Source of the DNA: a virus
Virus record (IMG/VR): IMGVR_UViG_3300037851_000912
Span: 1-63,330 of that record
DNA length: 63,330 nucleotides
Strand: one strand, 5' to 3'
Shown: positions 51,867 to 59,229 of the stretch, piece by piece
Layout: each line of letters starts with the position of its first letter
Numbering within the stretch: position 1 is the first letter of the stretch
Notes under the pieces: model-generated
The model's input: the letters and a program-made list of their open reading frames with translations, nothing else
What the model was told of the DNA's origin: nothing
Database searches by the model: none
Program-made: the position numbers and the translations under genes

Positions 51867-52249
51867 CCGACGTGAACCTGACGCGCATCAAGGGCGAGGA
51901 CTGGGTGCCGGTCGGGGCGACCCGCCGACCCGTTCGCTCGACGCCCGACCGCCCGGCCGGGGTCATCATCGGGTACGTGGAGGCCGGTCAGGTTGTCCGC
52001 TCCATCGGCGAGGCTGACACCGACGACGGCAACGTCTGGCGCCTGACCGAGTACGGGGGCGACCCCGGCTGGCTGCTCCGCTCCGACTTCGTGCCGTTGG
52101 TCCCCGGCGGCGACCCGGCCGTCGACGGCCCGCTCCACGACTACATCGCCCGCAAGACGCTCGACCCGTCCGGCGCCTACGCCGACGGCTGGAACGACGC
52201 GCTCGCGGCCGCGCAGGACGCGGTCGACGACATCCCCCGCGAGAAGTAG
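51863..52249 (+). CDS. Hypothetical protein with an SH3-like N-terminal segment
   Basis: GTG 51863 with GTGA overlap after GAGGAGG. Contains DDGNVWRLTEYGGDPGWLLRSDFVPL. Confidence 0.55.
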   Translation: MTDVNLTRIKGEDWVPVGATRRPVRSTPDRPAGVIIGYVEAGQVVRSIGEADTDDGNVWRLTEYGGDPGWLLRSDFVPLVPGGDPAVDGPLHDYIARKTLDPSGAYADGWNDALAAAQDAVDDIPREK

Positions 52250-52260
52250 GGAGGTTCGCC

Positions 52261-52659
52261 ATGCTCGACCTCTGGAACGGGCTCGTGGAACGCGTGAACG
52301 GCGAGCCGGTCATGGTCCTCGCGGTGGTCCAAGCGGTCCTCGCCCTCGCCACGTCCTTCGGCCTCGGGCTGTCGGGCGAGCAGGTGGGCGCGATCCTCGC
52401 CGTCAGCGCCGCCATCCTCGGGCTCATCGCCCGCCAGAAGGTCACGCCGGAGGAAGCCGGGCAGAAGGCCGGGAACCCGAAGGGCCTCGAGCCGCTGGCT
52501 CCCGGCGTCGACCGGGACGTGCTGGTGTTCGCCGGCTACGACCTCGCGGCGGCGCTGGCCAGGCTGATCGCCGAGCAGGAGCCGGGGCTGGCGTTCATGG
52601 GCCGTGGGTCCGCGTTCCGCGCCAACGTCGCCGCGATCCGCAACGCGCAGGCGTCGTGA
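52261..52659 (+). CDS. Membrane protein (2 TM)
   Basis: ATG 52261 after GGGAGG. Contains VMVLAVVQAVLALATSFGLGL and VGAILAVSAAILGLI. Confidence 0.6.
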   Translation: MLDLWNGLVERVNGEPVMVLAVVQAVLALATSFGLGLSGEQVGAILAVSAAILGLIARQKVTPEEAGQKAGNPKGLEPLAPGVDRDVLVFAGYDLAAALARLIAEQEPGLAFMGRGSAFRANVAAIRNAQAS

Positions 52660-52660
52660 G

Positions 52661-52676
52661 TATTCCGTGCGGAATG
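52661..52676 (+). terminator. Hairpin element copy 9 (loop inverted: TATTCCGTGCGGAATG)
   Basis: Reverse-complement orientation of the element, 2 nt after the stop. Followed by promoter copy D. Confidence 0.65.
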
Positions 52677-52690
52677 GAGGTGTGTTCCTG

Positions 52691-52720
52691 TTGACGCCCT
52701 GAGAGCCCGACGAGCAGAAT
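52691..52720 (+). promoter_or_regulatory. Sigma-70-type promoter, family copy D (divergent)
   Basis: TTGACGCC, 18-nt spacer, CAGAAT, then CAAGGTAGG. Lies upstream of parB. Confidence 0.5.
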
Positions 52721-52766
52721 CAAGGTAGGCCCGGACCGACCCGGGTGCCTGCAAGCGGAGGGTCAG

Positions 52767-54221
52767 ATGACCGCGGAGAACGTGCCGGCCAAAGCGCCGG
52801 AGGTCGTCAGCGCGTTGCCGCTGACGAGCATCGAGCACGGGCGGAACCCGCGCACGATGCATGAGCTCGACAGCCAGAAGGAGCTGACCGATTCGGTGAA
52901 GCAGCACGGGGTGTTGCAGCCGATCCGGGTCCGGGCGCTCGGCGAGGGCCGCTACGCGATCGTGGCCGGCCACCGGCGCTACGAGGCGGCGAAGGCCGCG
53001 AAGCTGACCGAGATCCCGGTCGTCGTCGCGCCGGAGGTCGCGGACGAGTCCTCGACGTACGTCGAGTCGCTGGTGGAGAACCTGCAGCGCGAGGACCTGA
53101 ACCCGATCGACGAGGCGAAGGCGTTCCAGCAGCTGCTCGACGAGACGGGCTGGTCGCAGGACGAGCTCGGCAAGAAGGTCGGCCGCAAGCAGTCGACGAT
53201 CAGCAACGCGCTGCGGCTTCTGGGGCTTGAACCCGAGGTCGTCCAGGCGATCGAGACCGGGACGCTTACGGCCGCCCACGGCAAGGCGATCGCGACGCTG
53301 CCGAGCGATCGCCAGAAGGGCCTCGCGGCGAAGGCGGTCGAGCAGAAGATGAGCAGCAAGGCGGTCGAGGAGGCTGTCGCCTACGAGAAGGCGGTTGCTC
53401 AGCGACAGGCCGACAAGGTGAAGGAGCGCAAGGCCGCGATCGAGGCGATGCTGAAGCTGCTGGGGCAGGCGACGCCCGAGCAGAAGGAGAAGATCACGTT
53501 CTGGTTCCGCACGGAGGACATGGAGTCGGCTGCGAAGAAGGACGGCTTCAAGACCGGGCGCACGGAGTGGTCTCGCCCGAGCCCGCCGTACAAGTGCGCC
53601 TGCCTCGGGACGAACGCGTACTTCGACGAGTGGCAGCGTTCCGCGTCGATGGCGTGCATCGACAAGGAGCACGCGGCGGCCGCCGATGAGGAGGCCGCCG
53701 CCCTTCGCCTTCGCGGTCAGCTGGCGGCGCAGAAGGCGACCGACAAGGCCCGGACGGCGGTGGCGAAGCATCTGGTGAACGCCGTCGGGAAGCTGTCCGA
53801 CGACGGGCTGCGGGTTGTCCTGTACCTCGTCGTGACGACGAACCGAGGCTCGTACGCTTCGGGGGCGGCGACGATCGACGAGTCGGCGTTCGTGAAGCGA
53901 CACGGCGGGACGCCGCGTCATCGGTACAGCTCCGACAACGGCGACGTGTGGGACGTCTGCCAGGGGATGTCGATCTCCGACGTCCTCGACGAACTGGCGA
54001 AGTTCGTCGGCCAGCTGGTGCAGCCGAACGTGTTCCTGCCCGGGAAGTCGACGTACGGCTTCGAGCGGGACTGGCGGCTGCGGGCGTACCTGCACGAGCA
54101 GAAGGTGCTCGTCAAGGACGCGGTGTTCGGCCCCGACGGCGTCCCGGAGCGGGTGCTCGAGCCGTACAAGCCCGCGAAGCCGGAGAAGCCGAAGGCCGAT
54201 CCGAAGCAGCCGGTGAACTAG
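52767..54221 (+). CDS. parB: Canonical ParB/Spo0J-type protein with a long C-terminal extension (484 aa)
   Basis: LTSIEHGRNPR, GVLQPIRVR, YAIVAGHRRYEAAKAAKL, ENLQREDLNPIDEA, and the HTH segment WSQDELGKKVGRKQSTISNALRLL. Confidence 0.85.
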   Translation: MTAENVPAKAPEVVSALPLTSIEHGRNPRTMHELDSQKELTDSVKQHGVLQPIRVRALGEGRYAIVAGHRRYEAAKAAKLTEIPVVVAPEVADESSTYVESLVENLQREDLNPIDEAKAFQQLLDETGWSQDELGKKVGRKQSTISNALRLLGLEPEVVQAIETGTLTAAHGKAIATLPSDRQKGLAAKAVEQKMSSKAVEEAVAYEKAVAQRQADKVKERKAAIEAMLKLLGQATPEQKEKITFWFRTEDMESAAKKDGFKTGRTEWSRPSPPYKCACLGTNAYFDEWQRSASMACIDKEHAAAADEEAAALRLRGQLAAQKATDKARTAVAKHLVNAVGKLSDDGLRVVLYLVVTTNRGSYASGAATIDESAFVKRHGGTPRHRYSSDNGDVWDVCQGMSISDVLDELAKFVGQLVQPNVFLPGKSTYGFERDWRLRAYLHEQKVLVKDAVFGPDGVPERVLEPYKPAKPEKPKADPKQPVN

Positions 54222-54235
54222 CCCACCGCTGGGGC

Positions 54236-54266
54236 GGGGCGGAGACGCCCCAGGCGTCTCCGCCCC
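54236..54266 (+). terminator. Strong stem-loop after parB
   Basis: GGGGCGGAGACGCC-cca-GGCGTCTCCGCCCC: a 14-bp perfect stem. No U-tract. Confidence 0.6.
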
Positions 54267-54271
54267 GAAAA

Positions 54272-54283
54272 GGAGGCAGAGGC
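54272..54283 (+). promoter_or_regulatory. Start-associated motif GGAGGCAGAGGC
   Basis: Abuts GTG 54284. Confidence 0.75.
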
Positions 54284-54532
54284 GTGACGTACGTGAACGT
54301 GCCGGAGGCGAAGCCCGCCTGGCCGGTGAAGTGTGAGTCCTGCGGGGAGCCGGCCGACCCGAAAACGGGCAGGATCCGTCACCGGGCGACCGAGCCGATG
54401 CCGTCGATGGAGCAGATCGAGGAGTGGGTCTACGACTCGGTGTGCGATGCGACGGACGGATGCGAGGTCGAACCGGACGGGACCTGCCCGCATGGGCACC
54501 GAAGCTGGCTGCTCCGGCTGGGCCTGATCTGA
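54284..54532 (+). CDS. Hypothetical Cys-rich protein
   Basis: CESCG...CDATDGC...CPHGH. Confidence 0.6.
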   Translation: MTYVNVPEAKPAWPVKCESCGEPADPKTGRIRHRATEPMPSMEQIEEWVYDSVCDATDGCEVEPDGTCPHGHRSWLLRLGLI

Positions 54533-55470
54533 TGCAGATGCCGATGAAGCCCATGCTGGCGAAGCTCACGCCGGCAGAGGGAGTCCTGAACCGTCGGGAC
54601 ATCGTGTGGGAGCCGAAGTGGGACGGGTACCGGCTGATTGCGGAAGCGCGGGGCGCGCTGCCCTGCCGTTTGTGGACGCGAGCCGGGAACCTCGTGACGT
54701 CGCAGTACCCTGTCATCGCCGAGGCGATCGACGAGTCCGGCGTCGAGTGCGTTCTCGACGGAGAGGTCGTCGTTATGGTGGACGGGCGTCCGTCGTTCAA
54801 CGCGTTGCAGCTGAGCGGGCGGATGAGCCGACGAGAGCTGGAGGACCGGATGCGCTACGTCGTGTTCGATGTTCTCGAGCTCGACGGACAGGACCTGCGG
54901 TCGCGGCCGCTGCTCGACCGCAAGCAGGAGTTGAGTTTGCTGCACGGACAGATTGCGAGCCCCGTCGTGCAGCTGACGCCGATATCCGGCGACGGCCCGC
55001 GGATGTGGGAGGCGATGGAGCTGGCCGACCTCGAGGGCCTGATCGGGAAGCCGGCGAACAGTCCGTACCGGAACGGCGAACGCGGGACGTGGCTGAAGCT
55101 GAAGCGGAAGCGCCTCGGCGAGTTCGCCGTCGTTGGGTGGACGTGGGGCAAGGAAGGCGTGACCGGCTCGCGCATCGGCGAGATCGGGGCGCTCGTGCTG
55201 GCGACCCGCCTGCCGGACGGGCGACTGCTCTATGCCGGAAAGGTCGGGACCGGGTTCACGGGCCAGGTGTTGGCCGAGACGAAGGCCGCGCTTGAGGCCG
55301 TGAAGCGCGACGGCTCGCCGTTCGTCGGCGCGGAGATGGCGAAGGCGAGGAAGCAGATCGGCGCCGAGCCGGTCGAGTGGGTTGAGCCCGAGTACACGGC
55401 GACCGTCGAGTACGCGGAGATGGGGCCGGGCGGCGTGCCACGGTTCCCGAGCTTCAAGGGGATGCGATGA
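54532..55470 (+). CDS. ATP-dependent DNA ligase (LigD ligase-domain-like)
   Basis: ATG 54532 (TGATG overlap). VWEPKWDGYR is motif I (KxDG). Also VLDGEVV, YVVFDVL, LEGLIGK and TWLKLKRK. Confidence 0.85.
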   Translation: MQMPMKPMLAKLTPAEGVLNRRDIVWEPKWDGYRLIAEARGALPCRLWTRAGNLVTSQYPVIAEAIDESGVECVLDGEVVVMVDGRPSFNALQLSGRMSRRELEDRMRYVVFDVLELDGQDLRSRPLLDRKQELSLLHGQIASPVVQLTPISGDGPRMWEAMELADLEGLIGKPANSPYRNGERGTWLKLKRKRLGEFAVVGWTWGKEGVTGSRIGEIGALVLATRLPDGRLLYAGKVGTGFTGQVLAETKAALEAVKRDGSPFVGAEMAKARKQIGAEPVEWVEPEYTATVEYAEMGPGGVPRFPSFKGMR

Positions 55471-55697
55471 CCGTCGCGGTAGGCACCTGCGAAGGGTGCC
55501 TCGATGAGCTGACGCTGTTCGACCGGGCCGCCGGCTACCGGGTGTGCTTCGCCTGTACGAAGGCCCGCCACGCGGCGGTCGTCCGGCGGCGCTGCCCATG
55601 CGGGCCGAAGCGGCGGCCGGTCGAGCGGGACAACCATCTCGGGCGCCGCTGGATTGCGTGCGAGCGGTGCCTCGGGTTCGTGAGGCAGCTGACATGA
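55467..55697 (+). CDS. Hypothetical Zn-ribbon protein
   Basis: ATGA overlap. CEGC...CFAC...CPCG...CERC. Confidence 0.55.
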   Translation: MTVAVGTCEGCLDELTLFDRAAGYRVCFACTKARHAAVVRRRCPCGPKRRPVERDNHLGRRWIACERCLGFVRQLT

Positions 55698-55912
55698 AGA
55701 CGTTCGAGGAAGCGCACCACGCGACTGCGTCCGTCGTCATCGGCGGTGTGCCGCAGCAGTTCCGCTGCATGACGTGTCGGGAGCCGTGGCCGTGCCTGGC
55801 CGCCGAGGCGGTCAAGGAGGACGGGGGTCGCACCCGCGCCGTGTTCTGGCTGGGCTGGTGCGTCGGCGTCCTCACGGCGATGGCGGTCGTAGCCGTCGCG
55901 AGGTCGCTGTGA
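55694..55912 (+). CDS. Small protein with a C-terminal TM helix
   Basis: ATGA overlap. Contains AVFWLGWCVGVLTAMAVVAV. Confidence 0.55.
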   Translation: MKTFEEAHHATASVVIGGVPQQFRCMTCREPWPCLAAEAVKEDGGRTRAVFWLGWCVGVLTAMAVVAVARSL

Positions 55913-55951
55913 GATGACCGAGCACACACGCTATCGAGTGCCGTTGCGGCG

Positions 55952-56170
55952 ATGTGCTCCCGACCGTCGAGGCGATGCACGAACACTCCCGAGGCCGACC
56001 ACGTTGACGACGACACCAAGGCCGAGGCTCGCGCAGCCGCGCTGGCCGAGGCAGCGGAAAAGGTGAGGGCGCTGCTCGACTCGCCCGCCGCATACCCCGC
56101 CCCGATGGGACCGACCATCAGGGCGGAGAACGACGTGGTGCGTGCCGTCCTCGCCATCTTGGAGGAGTGA
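55952..56170 (+). CDS. Hypothetical protein, tandem paralog 1
   Basis: Shares AALAEAAEKVR and VLAILEE with the next gene. Confidence 0.5.
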   Translation: MCSRPSRRCTNTPEADHVDDDTKAEARAAALAEAAEKVRALLDSPAAYPAPMGPTIRAENDVVRAVLAILEE

Positions 56171-56544
56171 TGACCGAAGCAGGCGAGCGGCTGCTGGCCT
56201 TTCTGGAAACCCAGCGCAGGAATAGCGCGGGCGGCGGCGAGTCATGGCGCAACGGGCTGACCTATGCGACCGGCTGCGTGCGAGACAGCCTGCCCGCCAT
56301 CATCGCCGAGGCCCGCCACGCTGGCTACGTCGAGGGCTTCGATGCCGCGCTGGCCGAGGCAGCGGAGAGGGTGCGGGGGCTGCCCATGACCTTCGGCCTG
56401 CACACTTGCTGGGACGACCATGAGGGCGGCGTTGACCTCGACGGCAACCCGACCCTTCATGCAGACGGGACGGCGTGCGGCGACCGCCTCATCAACGAGT
56501 CCGTCAGCCGCGCCGCCGTCCTCGCCATCTTGGAGCAGCGATGA
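56170..56544 (+). CDS. Hypothetical protein, tandem paralog 2
   Basis: ATG 56170 (TGATG overlap; the track start GTG 56167 is also possible). Contains AALAEAAERVR and VLAILEQR. Confidence 0.55.
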   Translation: MTEAGERLLAFLETQRRNSAGGGESWRNGLTYATGCVRDSLPAIIAEARHAGYVEGFDAALAEAAERVRGLPMTFGLHTCWDDHEGGVDLDGNPTLHADGTACGDRLINESVSRAAVLAILEQR

Positions 56545-56582
56545 CCACGGCCTGGGAGTCGGTACCGTCGGGCCGGGTGGCC

Positions 56583-56612
56583 TTGTAGTTGCGGTCAACG
56601 CGGGTGTAGTCT
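56583..56612 (+). promoter_or_regulatory. Candidate promoter giving a leaderless GTG transcript
   Basis: TTGTAG, 18-nt spacer, TAGTCT. GTG 56619 begins 7 nt after the -10. Confidence 0.3.
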
Positions 56613-56618
56613 CCGGAC

Positions 56619-56903
56619 GTGGACGACTACCGAGCCATCGAGGGGGTCCTGTACTCGCTCCGGCGCTCGCCGGACGCCAAGCCGTCCTCGCCGGGGGTCG
56701 GTTGGCGTCGCCACAGCTTCGGGCCACGCGACCCGGTCGATCGGCTGGCGCCGAGGCTCGACATCGCGCTGGCGACCCAGCGCCTCGAGGCCGCCGACCG
56801 AAGCGTGCTGGTCGAGCACTACGTCCGAGGGAATGCCCAGCCTGGCCGGCTGCGTCGACAGGCGATACGACGGTTGCGCCTGGTGCTCGCCGAGGGGGGT
56901 TGA
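56619..56903 (+). CDS. Small regulator candidate (sigma-70 region-4-like)
   Basis: High GC3. Contains LDIALATQRLEAADRSVLVEHYVRG...RRQAIRRLRLVL. Confidence 0.45.
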   Translation: MDDYRAIEGVLYSLRRSPDAKPSSPGVGWRRHSFGPRDPVDRLAPRLDIALATQRLEAADRSVLVEHYVRGNAQPGRLRRQAIRRLRLVLAEGG

Positions 56904-57000
56904 CGACCACCGGCGAGCGGGTACCATGCGGTTGTTGGATCCGCGCCGAAGTCCTCTGCCTCCAACGGATGTCGACGACGTGGGCTCCAGCTTGCAGGCC

Positions 57001-57028
57001 GAAACCCGGACCGAGAGGTCCGGGTTTC
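57001..57028 (+). terminator. Intrinsic-terminator-like hairpin
   Basis: GAAACCCGGACC-GAGA-GGTCCGGGTTTC, a 12-bp stem, then GTCTGTCC. Confidence 0.6.
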
Positions 57029-57050
57029 GTCTGTCCTACGGGAGTGAGAC

Positions 57051-57464
57051 ATGACTGACGGGGCTCCGAAGGAGCTCGTTCGAGACCTTGGGCCGGACGC
57101 CGCGACGAGGGCCGTGCTCGACGACTTGGAGAAGGTCGCGCTGTGCGGCGGGCGGTTCGCGATTGACTGGACGGCCGGTCCGTGGAAGGGCCAGCGCCTG
57201 ACGGTGTACTGCCAGCAGCCCGGGTGCATCACGACCGGCAGCTGCACCGGGCCGAAGTTCGTGCCCGGGTACCCGCAGTTCGACGCGAGAACGGAGGCGC
57301 CCAGGATCCCAGCGCCAGCGGAGATGGTCGCCGGCGCCCGCGAAGCGGCGAAGAAGGCGACTGGCAAGGACGACCCGCGCACCGACAAGGAGATCGCCCG
57401 GCACATCGGGGCGGTGCTGCAGCGGGCCATCGAGGCCGTGCGATCGGGCGGCTGGTCGCCTTGA
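57051..57464 (+). CDS. Hypothetical protein
   Basis: ATG 57051 after GGAGTGAG. High GC3. Confidence 0.65.
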   Translation: MTDGAPKELVRDLGPDAATRAVLDDLEKVALCGGRFAIDWTAGPWKGQRLTVYCQQPGCITTGSCTGPKFVPGYPQFDARTEAPRIPAPAEMVAGAREAAKKATGKDDPRTDKEIARHIGAVLQRAIEAVRSGGWSP

Positions 57465-57489
57465 TGCCCGCGTGACCGAGTGTCATCAT
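57461..57489 (+). promoter_or_regulatory. Sigma-70-type promoter, family copy
   Basis: TTGATG, 17-nt spacer ending in TGT, CATCAT, then GAAGGAATGAA. Overlaps the stop of 57051..57464. Confidence 0.55.
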
Positions 57490-57526
57490 GAAGGAATGAA
57501 CCCCATCTGCAAGCTGGAGGGACGAG

Positions 57527-58459
57527 GTGAGACGACCGTCTCAGCACGCGGCCGCCCGGAGCGCGCTGCACAAGCACATCCGCCGAGGCGAGGTCGAGCA
57601 GGCCGCCGGCGTAGCGCGCTACCTGCATGAGCTGAACGACGACGACGGGCTGGCGCGACGCCTGACGGCCATCGTGACCGAGGACGTCGAGCCGTACTGG
57701 CTCCCGGTCGTGGCGAAGGAGGCGGTGCGGGCCATGACGCCCGACCCGGCCGAGGAGCCGGCCGACCTCGTCCGCGTCGCGGCGACGCTGGCCGCGGCCC
57801 CGAAGCGGAAGGAGAGCTACTGGCTCGCCGAGACGGTGTGGGAGAACCGGACCCCGCCGAGAGAGCCGGCCGGCTTCGCCTCGCTCGAGGCGGCGGTCGA
57901 GCATGGCGACCACGCGCAGGTGCTGGCGCAGCTGCTCTGGTTCCACGAGCAGCGGAAGATCCGCGAGGCCGAGGACCTGCTGCGACGGCGGCACGTCCGG
58001 TCGGCGCTGGCCGAGGACATGCTGCGGTGGGCCGTCTGGCGCCTGCAGCTCGGCGGCTTCGGCGGCGGCGAGGCGTTGGCTGCGGCTGCGGTCGCGCTGG
58101 TCGACGCGCCCGAACAGGCCCGGCCGTTCGAGCAGTTCGACATCGACGTCGAGCCGTTGGGCCCGCCGTACGAGTGGTACTGCTACGACGCCCACACGCA
58201 GGTGGGCAAGATCGCGGTCGGGTCGTTCGCCAAGCGCCGGGGCTGGAACCGCGACCAGCTGGGGATGCTGTCGTTCTACTACGAGAGCGCCGTGCTCGGG
58301 CCGTCGGTCGTGCCCGGTCGATGGGACGGAGAGGCCGCCGAGCTGCTGGCGCGGACGTACGGCTGGCTGACGCCGGAGCACGGGGCCGACCTGTGGGCGG
58401 CGATCCGGGTCGACTTCATGGGGCTGGTGCGTTGGCTGCTCGCACGCGGCGTCGGGTGA
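57527..58459 (+). CDS. MgsA/RarA C-terminal-domain-like protein lacking an AAA+ module
   Basis: GTG 57527 after GGAGGGACGAG. SALHKHIRRGEVEQAAGVARYL...LARRLTAIVTEDVEP...LAAAPKRKESYW...YCYDAHTQ resembles the MgsA_C pattern. Confidence 0.45.
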   Translation: MRRPSQHAAARSALHKHIRRGEVEQAAGVARYLHELNDDDGLARRLTAIVTEDVEPYWLPVVAKEAVRAMTPDPAEEPADLVRVAATLAAAPKRKESYWLAETVWENRTPPREPAGFASLEAAVEHGDHAQVLAQLLWFHEQRKIREAEDLLRRRHVRSALAEDMLRWAVWRLQLGGFGGGEALAAAAVALVDAPEQARPFEQFDIDVEPLGPPYEWYCYDAHTQVGKIAVGSFAKRRGWNRDQLGMLSFYYESAVLGPSVVPGRWDGEAAELLARTYGWLTPEHGADLWAAIRVDFMGLVRWLLARGVG

Positions 58460-58477
58460 TGCGATACTCGGAAGGGA

Positions 58478-59212
58478 ATGCTGGTCGCGTCGATCCCGAG
58501 CCGATACAGGTGTGAGCCGCTGATTGCGGAGGTCCGCGGTCTGCTCTACGAGGATGCGGTCGACCGAGTCCTCGTCTACGACAACGGGTACGGCCCAGAC
58601 GACGCCGCCAGAATCAGAGCGGCGCTGTCCGGGCCTCGCTGTACCGTCGTCGACGCCGCCGGGTGGCCGCTCCACCGCATGTGGAACGCCGGCTGGGAAT
58701 GGGCCCAGGAGCAGGGCGGCGAGGTCTCGCTGGCGATCCTGAACGACGACGTGTCGTTGCCGCTCGGCGCGCTGACGGAGCTCGAGAAGCGGCTCCGGTC
58801 GCGGCCCGACGTCGGCGTCGTGTACCCGGAGGGCGGGCGCTTCCGGAAGTTCGAGGACGGGATCGGCCCGGGGCCGCTGGTCAACACGGGTGGCCGGCTG
58901 CAGGAGCAGCGGGGCATGACCGGGCACGCGTTCATGTTTCGCGCCGAGGTCCGCGACATCGAGAAGTTCGACGAGCGGTTCGGCTGGTGGTACGGCGACG
59001 ACGACTTCGTGCTGAAATGGGCGCTCGCCGGCTGGAAGGTCTGCCGAGCCGTCGGTGTCCCGGTGAAGCACGTCGGGATGGCCTCGTCGAAGGGCCGCCC
59101 GGAGCTCGTGCCGATCCGAGCGGCCGACGGTGTGCTGTTCCGCCAGCTGTACCCGGAGTGGGTCGACTCGAAGGCTCGCTACGAGCGATGGCCGGATGAA
59201 GTGATCGAGTAG
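58478..59212 (+). CDS. GT-A fold (family 2-like) glycosyltransferase
   Basis: RVLVYDNG, LAILNDDV (DxD) and WWYGDDDF. Confidence 0.65.
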   Translation: MLVASIPSRYRCEPLIAEVRGLLYEDAVDRVLVYDNGYGPDDAARIRAALSGPRCTVVDAAGWPLHRMWNAGWEWAQEQGGEVSLAILNDDVSLPLGALTELEKRLRSRPDVGVVYPEGGRFRKFEDGIGPGPLVNTGGRLQEQRGMTGHAFMFRAEVRDIEKFDERFGWWYGDDDFVLKWALAGWKVCRAVGVPVKHVGMASSKGRPELVPIRAADGVLFRQLYPEWVDSKARYERWPDEVIE

Positions 59213-59229
59213 CCGTCAGGGGCAAGCCC

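Noticed and set aside
55915-56067. ATG 55915 ORF filling the gap before 55952
   Set aside because: Its translation (MTEHTRYRVPLRRCAPDRRGDARTLPRP...) is Arg/Pro-rich and out of frame with the conserved AALAEAAEKVR block. It has lower GC3 than the 55952 frame.
56951-56962. Reverse-complement copy of the start-associated motif as evidence for a minus-strand gene
   Set aside because: No ATG, GTG or TTG follows it on the minus strand at the usual 0-3 nt spacing. The downstream minus-frame translation is non-coding-like.
57527-58459. Considered as the missing DpdA/TGT-like transglycosylase, along with 42822..43739 and 41639..42442
   Set aside because: None shows the TGT-type motif order or a C-terminal CxCxxC..H zinc site in the right context. 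Their recognisable blocks point to MgsA_C-like, SSAP-like and HTH proteins respectively.
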